This document shows positions 38,391 through 47,417 of a stretch of DNA of 64,000 nt, piece by piece. The notes below the pieces were generated by a model. The model searched no databases. It was not told the DNA's origin and was given only the letters and a program-made list of their open reading frames with translations. The position numbers and the translations under genes were made by a program. Numbering within the stretch: the stretch's first letter is position 1; every line of letters begins with the position of its first letter. Origin of the DNA: Candidatus Marinacidobacterales bacterium (GTDB lineage: Bacteria > Acidobacteriota > Vicinamibacteria > Marinacidobacterales > SMYC01); assembly GCA_965224085.1 (NCBI GenBank), contig CBDCYI010000005.1, positions 320,001 to 384,000 on the forward strand, written 5' to 3'.

Positions 38391-41336
38391 TTAGAACCGA
38401 TAGTTGAACTGCAGTTGCAGCCCGCGAGGTTCCTGTCGGTTCAGGTGTGTCCGGTAGTTCGGATCAAAATTCTTGGTGCCTCCGCGGTAGTTCCACTGCC
38501 AGAAGACATCCGTGTTGAATACGTTGAAGATGCTGGCCGCAATCTCAACCTCTTGGGTGTCGGCGAATCGAAACTTCTTGCCGACCGTCATGCTGACAAC
38601 TCTGATCGTCTCTGCTTGAATCTGAACACCGCGGGTCTCATTGATGATGCGAAGCGTCGTCGACAGCGGGTTGGTCTGGGTGCCGCCTTCCACCGGCACC
38701 CTGGCCGGGCCAAATCGGGTCACGTCCGGGTCATTCCTGTCGAGTCTTTCTATTTCGTACCCCAGCCAGGGACCAGCCTGATTGCGCAGGTTGCCGGACA
38801 CTTGGATCCCACCGGGGGCAAGCCACAACCCGGAGAGTCGTATGGCGTACTTTCTCCACGAGGGGCCATAGCTCGAGGCAAAATTCGAATAACTGTTGTT
38901 GTCGTAGAACCCTCGCGGCTGCGTGATCTGTTTGTTGCTCGGGAATTTCTCGGGCTCGATAAACCCGGCCGGGTCCGTGGGGTTCCAGTCGCCGTCCTTG
39001 TTGTAATGCTGCCATTGACGGTGGATGCCCACGAGGAACTGAAAGTTGTTGGACAAGTTCTTGGTGACCGTGATCTCGAGCGCATTGTATTCCAGCTTGT
39101 TCCAGTCAACGTTGACTAACTGATTCAGAATGCCGCGGGTCGGATCGACCCTTCCAAAGCCGATAAACGGTTGGCCCGGTCCGTCCGGGTAGATGCCATT
39201 GACATCTACGCGGGCGTATCGGTCGTTGACGACGCGGCGGACACCGGCAATATCGAGGGCAATCTCTCCGGGGAACTGCTTGCGGAATCCCACGATATAC
39301 TCGTCGGTAAATGGCTGGTGCAGATCCGAAGCAAACTCGAATCCTGCCAAGCTCGCGTCGAGGATTGGCGTGAGCCTCTCGGTCTCGAAGACACCGTCCA
39401 AGTTATTGTCGTAAATGTCTCGCTGACTCACCCTGCCGCCGCCGGCGCGGGTGCTGCTGGGACCGTCGCGGCCGTTGACCGCCTCGTGGACGCGCCCAAA
39501 GCTGGCTCGCAGAACGTTGCGTGCATCCTCGGTCACCAGGAAGGAGAAGCCCACCCGCGGACCGATAGCGGTGGCATTCATCCGCGTGACGTCAAAGAGG
39601 GAATCGTGTCGCCGGACGAAATCCGCCCGCACGCCGACGCTGATGTTGAGCCGTGCGATGGGCCTCCAGTTGTCTTGCACGTAAACGCCGTAATCGCGGT
39701 CCCGCATCGCAAGCTCGTCTCTCACGATGGGATCTACGAATCTCTGGTGGAAAGCTTGAGTTTCTGCGAATTGATCCTGAAGCTGAGTGCCCGGAAAGCC
39801 CGGAGTCGTCACGACCCGCTCTTCGTAAACGAAGCCATCATTCACATAGTTGACGGTACGGTTATAGTGGAGACGGGGAGCCAAGAAGACCCCGGTCTTG
39901 AACTCGTGAGAGCCGCCCCAGTCCTCTACGTAGCGCGTCACGTCCCCGCGGAAGATGAGCATGGACGATGGCCGGAAGGTGAGTGCCTCTACGTTGCCCC
40001 CATCCCCGACGTTACCGGTTCCTCGGATGATTCCGCCCTGGAGGAAGGTATCGGCGTGAAACCTCAACGCGAGCCCGCTTCCCGGCAAGGCGTCCAGCGT
40101 GGATTGGTCAGCCCCGCCCTTGTTATTGTACGAGACGTTGATCTGCGAGGTCGTTTCGGCGCCCCATACCGATGTCAGCTTTACGCCGAACAAGCTCCCG
40201 CCAACCGAAGATAGACGGATTCGTTCGTAAGAGTCCGCTCGGTTGTTATCCAGGTTGGTCCGGTCGTACTGGTAGTATCCGTTGAGCTGGTGGTTCGGAT
40301 TGAGGTGAGCAGTGATTTTAAAGAAGGGCTGGTGGTTTTTTTGGGCGTTCGTGTACTGTTCCCAACCGGGAACGAGAGCTTCATAGTTCGTCACTTGCGT
40401 GCCGTTGAAGCCGATCTCACCATCCAGGTTCGCACGGCGATAGGCGCCGAAGAACCAGACCTTGTCCTCTTTAATCGGACCTCCGAACGACGCGTCGAAC
40501 TGATAGATCCTGGTTTTCTTCGGAAGGGCGGGATCGTCCTCCGGTACGTTATTGCCGAAGAATGCATCGGGTTGGAGGGTAAAGCCGGCACTGCCGCTGA
40601 ATTGGTTGCCTCCGCTCTTCGTGACGATGTTGATATGGGCGCCGGTGCCCATGGGATGCTCCGCTTGAATCCCAACCAGCTTTACATTGACGTCTTCAAT
40701 TAAGTCCGTGCTCATGGTGATATAGCTGAGCTGGGCATCCGTATAGGCGTTGACGATGTTGCCTTCGATCGCGGGCACGTGCGCGAAAAGATCGGTGGCG
40801 TGGCCGAAATAGAGCAAGCGGCCGGTATTGTCGTCGAACGGCCGCTGGAGCATGCCCGTCGTCATTTCCAAAAAGTCGCTCCAGTTTCTGCGGGCCTGCA
40901 CGGGTATGGACTTCTGGAATTCCCCATCGATGTTGACGGCCAGGGTGGGCGATGTAATTTCAAGCATTGGGCTCTCGCCCGTCACCGTGATGGTCTCCTC
41001 GACCCCGCTCAGCGAGAGCTGGAAATCGACGGCAAAGGAGGCACCCGCGCGCAGGAGGATTTCCTCTTGCTTCAACGATGCAAAGCCCTGAAGCTCGGCC
41101 GTCAGTGCGTACGTGCCCGGCGGCAGATTGACGATTCGATAGTGCCCGGTGCTGTCGGTGACGGCGGTACGCACACCCATGACGGCGGGGCTAGTCGCCG
41201 CCACGCTCACGCCCGGGACGACGCCCCCGGACTCGTCTCGGACGTAGCCGCTAAGGCTACTATCACCACTTTGTGCAAAGGCTCCCGTCGCGACGCAACA
41301 AGCCGCTAACAGGAGTATCCCGATTGATCTGAGCAT
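38391..41336 (-). CDS. TonB-dependent receptor, Oar-like, with N-terminal carboxypeptidase-regulatory-like domain
   Basis: MLRSIGILLL signal; GYVRDESGGVVPGV, ETITVTGESP, NIVTKSGGNQFSG; C-terminal PRGLQLQFNYRF. Confidence 0.92.
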   Translation of the reverse strand: MLRSIGILLLAACCVATGAFAQSGDSSLSGYVRDESGGVVPGVSVAATSPAVMGVRTAVTDSTGHYRIVNLPPGTYALTAELQGFASLKQEEILLRAGASFAVDFQLSLSGVEETITVTGESPMLEITSPTLAVNIDGEFQKSIPVQARRNWSDFLEMTTGMLQRPFDDNTGRLLYFGHATDLFAHVPAIEGNIVNAYTDAQLSYITMSTDLIEDVNVKLVGIQAEHPMGTGAHINIVTKSGGNQFSGSAGFTLQPDAFFGNNVPEDDPALPKKTRIYQFDASFGGPIKEDKVWFFGAYRRANLDGEIGFNGTQVTNYEALVPGWEQYTNAQKNHQPFFKITAHLNPNHQLNGYYQYDRTNLDNNRADSYERIRLSSVGGSLFGVKLTSVWGAETTSQINVSYNNKGGADQSTLDALPGSGLALRFHADTFLQGGIIRGTGNVGDGGNVEALTFRPSSMLIFRGDVTRYVEDWGGSHEFKTGVFLAPRLHYNRTVNYVNDGFVYEERVVTTPGFPGTQLQDQFAETQAFHQRFVDPIVRDELAMRDRDYGVYVQDNWRPIARLNISVGVRADFVRRHDSLFDVTRMNATAIGPRVGFSFLVTEDARNVLRASFGRVHEAVNGRDGPSSTRAGGGRVSQRDIYDNNLDGVFETERLTPILDASLAGFEFASDLHQPFTDEYIVGFRKQFPGEIALDIAGVRRVVNDRYARVDVNGIYPDGPGQPFIGFGRVDPTRGILNQLVNVDWNKLEYNALEITVTKNLSNNFQFLVGIHRQWQHYNKDGDWNPTDPAGFIEPEKFPSNKQITQPRGFYDNNSYSNFASSYGPSWRKYAIRLSGLWLAPGGIQVSGNLRNQAGPWLGYEIERLDRNDPDVTRFGPARVPVEGGTQTNPLSTTLRIINETRGVQIQAETIRVVSMTVGKKFRFADTQEVEIAASIFNVFNTDVFWQWNYRGGTKNFDPNYRTHLNRQEPRGLQLQFNYRF

Positions 41337-41434
41337 TAGTACCCCTTTCTTCACTACTATTAGAGAATCGAGTATAGGAACCGATGCATATGTAGGTTTG
41401 CTGAGTGCGAACATTCCCATTACCTTGATTTGCA

Positions 41435-41451
41435 AGCAACTCGCGTGCCGA
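41435..41451 (-). promoter_or_regulatory. Candidate sigma54 -24/-12 promoter of the TBDR
   Basis: Minus strand TCGGCACGCGAGTTGCT = GG-N10-GC, ~100 bp upstream of the ATG. Confidence 0.55.
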
Positions 41452-41572
41452 GTCGTGCCAAAGCGAGTGTTTCGTGTAAACCCTTTTTTTGAAGCCAGTT
41501 GAGAGATCCCCACTAGCCTGAGTGTGGGCCCGACTACACCTTGATATCCCATTGTTTGGATCAAATCTACGA

Positions 41573-41600
41573 ACTATTGGATTGCCACTATTGGATTGCC
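41573..41600. repeat. Perfect 14-bp tandem repeat
   Basis: ACTATTGGATTGCC x2. Confidence 0.9.
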
Positions 41601-41752
41601 ATTTAGGAATCTTCGCGCTCCATCCAATTCGACATCGGACGTCCGAGATACTGACCGGGCCGCGGGGCGTGGGTGCACGCATCGCTCTTGACTCCGGCGA
41701 CCGATTAGGCCCAGCTTCCTGATCGACATCGAAGATCGAGGCCGCGCACAAG

Positions 41753-41812
41753 CCCAGCCGAGTGAACCGCAAGTACAAGACGAAGGATCGCGTGACTAAC
41801 TGGCGGGAGTAG
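41753..41812 (+). pseudogene. IS5-family (IS903-like) transposase N-terminal remnant
   Basis: PSRVNRKYKTKDRVTNWRE* resembles the KYKTKYRVTNWxEY start of these transposases. Confidence 0.65.
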
Positions 41813-42004
41813 CCTAAATGCTCATGACGCCAGAGTCGCAACGGACCTCTTCCTCGCAAACCCTCGCGGCAGGCAAGCTCCGTACCAAGTCATTCAGCTC
41901 CGTCTCGATTTCGCCATATCTCCGTACAAGCTCCACCCGCGTCTACGGTAATGATTTGTCGGCACGCGAGTCCAATTGATTTTACTTTTGGGCCTATAAG
42001 CTAG

Positions 42005-44007
42005 CCCATGTTTACCCTTTATGGGCACCCTAACGCTCGTAAGTGACTGAATTCAAAGGAACGGGGGTTGAATTTTGCCCAAAACGTAGAGACAGATATT
42101 GTGCTTTGAGCGCCATTAATACGTTGTAATCGTGGACAATGATATGTAGTATGCGTGAGGACAGGTTATGTTCTTCCGCATCGTTCGGGCCGCAGGCGGC
42201 AAAGGGGTTCAACATGAGTATGTCCGCCTGGTCGAGTCGTATCGGGAGCACGGCAAGCCGAAGCAACGCGTAGTGTGCAACTTGGGGCGCAAGGATCTCC
42301 TAGTTGCCAATCTCGACTCCCTCAATCGGTTGCTTGGGGCCGGTGAACCGGCCGACACCGAGCGAGCAGCCGAGCAGATCGCGGGGGCAGACGCGTGGGA
42401 TTGGGGTCCGATGGTGGTGACGGCGACGCTGTGGCGCGAGCTCGGACTGGAGCAGATTCTCGACCGGCTCGGAGGCCGCGGCAAGCGCGACGGAGTGGCG
42501 CTAAGCGAGCGAGCTTTGGTGCTGGTCGCCAACCGGCTATGTGCTCCGTCAAGCGAGCACGGTCTGGCGCGCTGGCTCGAGACCGACTTCGTCTGCGACC
42601 GGCAGGGGCGGCGGTGGGTGCCGCAGTGGCGCGATGATGGGGAGCGGCGAGCGAGTCGCTCCCCGCGGGTTCGCGTGGAGTTTCGCCAACTCAAGCAATG
42701 GTACCGAACGCTCGACCAGCTGCATGCCCGCAAAGAACAGATCGAGAAAGAGCTGTTTTTGCGCTTGCGGGATCTGTTTTCGCTTGAGGTTGACATGGTG
42801 TTTTACGACCTGACGTCGACGTACTTCGAAGGTCAAGGCCCTCCGGGGCTCGGCGCCCACGGCTACAGTCGCGACCGCAGACCGCGTAACCGGCAAGTGC
42901 TTGTCGGTCTGGTGATGGTGGACGGTTGGCCGATCGCCCACCATGTTTTCGCCGGCAACTGGCGTGACGCGAAAACGGTGCCGCAGGTGCTCAACGATCT
43001 CAACGAACGATTCGGTTTGCACCGCGTGGTTTTTGTCGGCGACCGAGGGATGGTAACGAGCGACAGCCTGGCGGTGGTGCGCTCGCGCAAGCAGGGCTAT
43101 CTCGTCGGGCTGCAAAGACGACGGCGCGAGGAGGTCTATCGTTACATCGAGCGCGCCAGCGGAGAGTGGATCGACTGCCCTGGTGGCATCACGGTGAGCG
43201 AAAAAGCCGAGCCACCTAAGACTCGTGTGCAAGAAGTCCGCTCCGAGCAGTCTGGCGTGCGCATCTTCGTCGTTCACAGCGACGAAAGGCTCGCCTACGA
43301 GCGCGGGCAGAGGCTGCGGGCCATGGGACGTGCCCGTGCGGCATTCGAGGCCCTCGAGCGCCGCGTGCGCGAGGGACGATTGAAAGCCCCCGAGAAAATC
43401 GGTGCCGCCGCCGCGCGCATACAGGCACGCCACCACGGTCACCGTTACTACGACTGGGAGTACAAAAACGCTCGCTTCCGCTTCTTCGAGCACCCGGTCA
43501 ACCTCAAGCGCGAGCAAGCCTACGAGGGTAAGTACGTTATTCAAACCGAGGAGCAAAACCTCTCTCCGGTCGACGCCGTGCGCCTTTACAAGGACCTAAA
43601 CGAGGTCGAGCGAGCCTTCTCATGCCTTAAGGATGTCATTGAGATGCGTCCCGTTTACCACCAGACCGATGAGCGTGTGGAGGCACATCTTTTCGTAGCT
43701 ACGCTGGCCTTCCTTGTGCATCGGGCTCTTGAGAAAAAGCTCAAGGTCGCCGAACTCGACCTGTCCGCAACCGAGGCACTACAAGCGCTACGCTCGGTCC
43801 GGCTCGTCGACTTACAGCTGGGTTCTGGGCGGACCAAGCGCGTCGTCACGCGCGGCACCGCTCGCGCCAACTCGATCCTGACTGCACTCGGAATCGTTGA
43901 ACGCGACCCGCCAGCCTTCTCCGAGGAGGTGCTGTCAGCGTAGAGACAAACCGCGGATCTCAGTCCTTTGTTTATGATGACTTAGAGACCTAAAAGGGAA
44001 ACATGGG
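42005..44007 (+). mobile_element. IS1634-family insertion sequence
   Basis: Imperfect IRs CCCATGTTTACCCTTTA / TAAAAGGGAAACATGGG (15/17); CTAG duplicated at 42001-04 and 44008-11. Confidence 0.9.
42168..43943 (+). CDS. IS1634-family DDE transposase
   Basis: YVRLVESYR, FYDLTSTYFEG, GYSRDRRP, VGDRGM, VERAFSCLK, MRPVYH. Confidence 0.93.
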   Translation: MFFRIVRAAGGKGVQHEYVRLVESYREHGKPKQRVVCNLGRKDLLVANLDSLNRLLGAGEPADTERAAEQIAGADAWDWGPMVVTATLWRELGLEQILDRLGGRGKRDGVALSERALVLVANRLCAPSSEHGLARWLETDFVCDRQGRRWVPQWRDDGERRASRSPRVRVEFRQLKQWYRTLDQLHARKEQIEKELFLRLRDLFSLEVDMVFYDLTSTYFEGQGPPGLGAHGYSRDRRPRNRQVLVGLVMVDGWPIAHHVFAGNWRDAKTVPQVLNDLNERFGLHRVVFVGDRGMVTSDSLAVVRSRKQGYLVGLQRRRREEVYRYIERASGEWIDCPGGITVSEKAEPPKTRVQEVRSEQSGVRIFVVHSDERLAYERGQRLRAMGRARAAFEALERRVREGRLKAPEKIGAAAARIQARHHGHRYYDWEYKNARFRFFEHPVNLKREQAYEGKYVIQTEEQNLSPVDAVRLYKDLNEVERAFSCLKDVIEMRPVYHQTDERVEAHLFVATLAFLVHRALEKKLKVAELDLSATEALQALRSVRLVDLQLGSGRTKRVVTRGTARANSILTALGIVERDPPAFSEEVLSA

Positions 44008-44201
44008 CTAGGGGACGGAGATTTGGCAGTCGCCACGAGCGTCCCGCAACCGATGGTCTTGTGGATTAATTGCTTTACGCACAGCACATTGGGTATGGTC
44101 GTCTCCAGAGAGACGGCTCTGCACAACGTCCCCTACCGATTCCGTCCAAAAACCTGGATCGGTAACGCCTGCCTCCGGCGGGCGAGATCGGGTAAAACGT
44201 C

Positions 44202-47200
44202 CTATCTGGCCGGCAGCGAAAGCGCCTCGTAGTCTTCGAAGAGAGGGAGGCCGGCAGCTTCGACAGCTTCTTGGTAGGCCCGCATGTCTTCGCCGAAGAA
44301 GCGATTGACCTCGGTCAACACTTGTCGGAGCTTGGTCTCAGAATGGCGCAGATAGATTCGCTGGGCTTCGGTGGGCGCTTCCCAACTAGATTGAATCGAT
44401 CGATACACCGAGCGGAGGCGCACACTGACGAGATCCGGATCCGGCCGATTCCCCTGAATCTCGGGTGCGTTGATAAGCTCGACTATCTCCTCGATGGAAA
44501 CTTTGATCGTCTTCTCCTGCCGGTGGATCTCCTGTAGCGCGGGATTCTCTTGGCCCGAGATGCGCTTCGAAATCCTCTCGACCGCTTCTTGGGTGTCGCG
44601 AAGATGGTCCACCGCTTTGGCCGCAACTTCGAGCTGCCGACCGACTCTCAGGATCATCTCTTCTTTAGCGCGCATATCCGCCGCTGAAATTTCCGAACGT
44701 GGATCGGGTAAAACCTCGACCGACTTCGTCTGTTGCTGATCGCCGTAACGGACACGCAACGTGTACGTACCCGGCAGCACCAGAGGACCGGCCGCTTCCT
44801 CGGCGTCGGGACCCGGTGGATCGGCTGAGGGGCTGCGGAATGCTTTTCGTTTGAGTCCCCAAGACGTCCGATTGACGCCGGGCTCGGCCGGCCCCTTTCG
44901 CGTTCGAATGACCTCACCGTCCTTGAGAATCTCCAGAACAACTTCGTCTTTGGCTTCCGATTCCTCGGTCTCCAGAGGATTGACCACGTAGGTGATCAGA
45001 GCCCCGTAGGGCCGGTTCTCACCTTGAAACTCAGCATGGCCCGGTCCGCGCAGTCCCTTGGTCTCCTTGACGACATACTGGATGGCCTCGGGCACCTCGA
45101 ACAGATGTAGCCGCTGGTCGAGGATGTCGGCGCCGCTCCGGGCCAGCGCTCGGAGTGGACGAATGTCGTCCAGCACGTAAATCGCGCGGCCGTGGGTTGC
45201 CACCACGAGGTCGTGATCCCTCGGGTGAACGATCATGTCCTTCGCCGAGGCGGTGGGAAACCCGTGCGTCCACTTGGTCCAGTGTGCTCCGCCATCGATA
45301 CTCACGTACAGACCGAACTCCGTTCCGAGAAACAGGAGATTTCGCTCGACCGGATCCTGTTCGATGACGAGAGCGTAGCCTGAGAGCTCATCCGTGGCCA
45401 GACTCCGCCAAGTTCGACCGAAATCGGACGTCTGGTAAACGTAGGGCGTCCAGTCGCTTCTACGGTGGTTGTCGAATACGAGGAACGCTTCCCCGCTCTC
45501 GAACGTCGAAGCCTCGATGTGAGGAATCCAGGTATTGCGAGGCACACCCTGGATGTTTTCGATGACGTTGGTCCAGGTTTGGCCACCGTCCCTGGTAAGC
45601 TGAACGTTCCCGTCATCCGTGCCCACCCAAATGACGCCGCGCTCCACGGGTGACGGAGCAATGGTCATGATGGTGGTGTGGTTTTCAGCGTTGGAAACGT
45701 CGATGGTGAGCCCTCCGCTGTCCAACTGCATCTGTTTTTCCGGGTCGTTGGTCGTGAGGTCGGGGCTGATGACCTCCCAACTGTCACCCCTGTCGGTGCT
45801 ACGGTGGACGAACTGGCTCCCGTAGTAGACCGTCTTCGTCTCGAAAGGCTCGGCGGCGATCGCCGCGTTCCAGTTGAAGCGCAAATGTACGTCCTCGGCG
45901 TGCGCCGGCCGGATGCTTTTCCTTTCGCCGGTTACCAGATCATAGCGAACCAAGTTGCCACCCTGTGACATGGCGTATCCATAGCGCGGGTCACTCGCGT
46001 CGGGCAGCACCTCGAACCCGTCCCCCGTATTCAACCGGTCCCAGTAGTAGTTGAAGATCCCTCTGAGCGACCACGACTGGCTCGGGCCGCGCCAGCAGCC
46101 GCTGTCCTGCACGCCGCCGTAGACGTTGTAGGGCGTATCCATATCCACGTTGACGTGGTAAAACTGGGCCAGAGGAAGGTTCTGGACGAACCGCCACCGC
46201 TCTCCCCCATCGCGGGTTATCGCCAATCCGCCGTCGTTTCCCGAGACCATGAACAAGGGATTCTCGGGGTGAATCCACAGATCCTGATAGTCGCCGTGAA
46301 TCGTCGCGGAAGGAACGACGCTCTGGAAGGACTTCCCCGCATCCTCGCTCATCATGAGCCGACCGTGCAGCGTGTAGATGCGGTTCTCGTTGTGCGGATC
46401 CACTCGGATGTCGGCATAATAAAAGGGGCGCGGATGGACGTCGTCCGAATCATTGATCAGGCTCCATTCGTATCCACCATCGTCCGAGCGATAAAGAGCG
46501 TTCTTCTCCGCCTCGACCAAGGCGTAGACGACTTGCGGACGACTACGGGAGATGGCCAGTCCGGTACGCCCCAGGTCCCCTTCGGGCAAACCGTCTTCAT
46601 GGGTCCGTTGTGTCCAGGTTTTGCCGCCATCGACCGTCAGGTGAATACCGGAGCCCGGTCCCCCCGACTTGAAAAACCATGGCCAGCGACGGTATTCCCA
46701 CATGGCGGCGATTAGCTTTTGGGGATTGGTTGGATCCATGACCAGATCCGCCGCCCCCGTCTTCTCGTCAACATAGAGGACCTTGTCCCATGTCTGACCA
46801 CCGTCGCTGGTCTTGAAGACGCCTCGCTCAGGATTCTCATCCCAGGTTTTTCCCATGGCCGCCACATAGACGGTGTCCGGGTGGTGCGGATCGATCCGGA
46901 TACGGGCAATACGTTCGGTTTCATCTAGACCGACGTGAGCCCATGTTCTTCCACCATCGGTGCTCTTGTAGACACCGTTTCCGACCGAGGCGGTGTTGCG
47001 CGGATTTCCCTCTCCCGTCCCCACCCAGACGACATCCGAATTGCTGGGATCGACGGCAATGGCGCCGATCGAATGGACCGGCTGATCGTCGAAAACCGGC
47101 TGCCAGGTGATGCCTCCGTTGATGGATTTCCAAACCCCGCCGCTGGCCCCTCCCACGTAGAGCAGGTCCGAGTCGGTGGCCACGCCCACGATAGCGCCGA

Positions 47201-47402
47201 TGCGACCACTCATGCTCGCCGGGCCAATCGAGCGTGCCTTCATCCCGGCAAGCTTCGCGCCCTTCACTTGGGCCAGGGCGGGTGTTGCACCGATGAGCAA
47301 CATGAACGCAAGCGAGATTGGCCACCGCCGCGCGGTGAGGGGTTGTTTGTGATGAGCTGAAGGGAAGTGCTTTCGTTTTAGATGACCCGATCGATCCGTC
47401 AC
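44202..47402 (-). CDS. Secreted VPS10/BNR beta-propeller protein E
   Basis: RSIGPASMSGR, Asp-boxes; GTG start after GGAGG. Confidence 0.9.
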   Translation of the reverse strand: MTDRSGHLKRKHFPSAHHKQPLTARRWPISLAFMLLIGATPALAQVKGAKLAGMKARSIGPASMSGRIGAIVGVATDSDLLYVGGASGGVWKSINGGITWQPVFDDQPVHSIGAIAVDPSNSDVVWVGTGEGNPRNTASVGNGVYKSTDGGRTWAHVGLDETERIARIRIDPHHPDTVYVAAMGKTWDENPERGVFKTSDGGQTWDKVLYVDEKTGAADLVMDPTNPQKLIAAMWEYRRWPWFFKSGGPGSGIHLTVDGGKTWTQRTHEDGLPEGDLGRTGLAISRSRPQVVYALVEAEKNALYRSDDGGYEWSLINDSDDVHPRPFYYADIRVDPHNENRIYTLHGRLMMSEDAGKSFQSVVPSATIHGDYQDLWIHPENPLFMVSGNDGGLAITRDGGERWRFVQNLPLAQFYHVNVDMDTPYNVYGGVQDSGCWRGPSQSWSLRGIFNYYWDRLNTGDGFEVLPDASDPRYGYAMSQGGNLVRYDLVTGERKSIRPAHAEDVHLRFNWNAAIAAEPFETKTVYYGSQFVHRSTDRGDSWEVISPDLTTNDPEKQMQLDSGGLTIDVSNAENHTTIMTIAPSPVERGVIWVGTDDGNVQLTRDGGQTWTNVIENIQGVPRNTWIPHIEASTFESGEAFLVFDNHRRSDWTPYVYQTSDFGRTWRSLATDELSGYALVIEQDPVERNLLFLGTEFGLYVSIDGGAHWTKWTHGFPTASAKDMIVHPRDHDLVVATHGRAIYVLDDIRPLRALARSGADILDQRLHLFEVPEAIQYVVKETKGLRGPGHAEFQGENRPYGALITYVVNPLETEESEAKDEVVLEILKDGEVIRTRKGPAEPGVNRTSWGLKRKAFRSPSADPPGPDAEEAAGPLVLPGTYTLRVRYGDQQQTKSVEVLPDPRSEISAADMRAKEEMILRVGRQLEVAAKAVDHLRDTQEAVERISKRISGQENPALQEIHRQEKTIKVSIEEIVELINAPEIQGNRPDPDLVSVRLRSVYRSIQSSWEAPTEAQRIYLRHSETKLRQVLTEVNRFFGEDMRAYQEAVEAAGLPLFEDYEALSLPAR

Positions 47403-47417
47403 GATCTTTCCTCCGAT

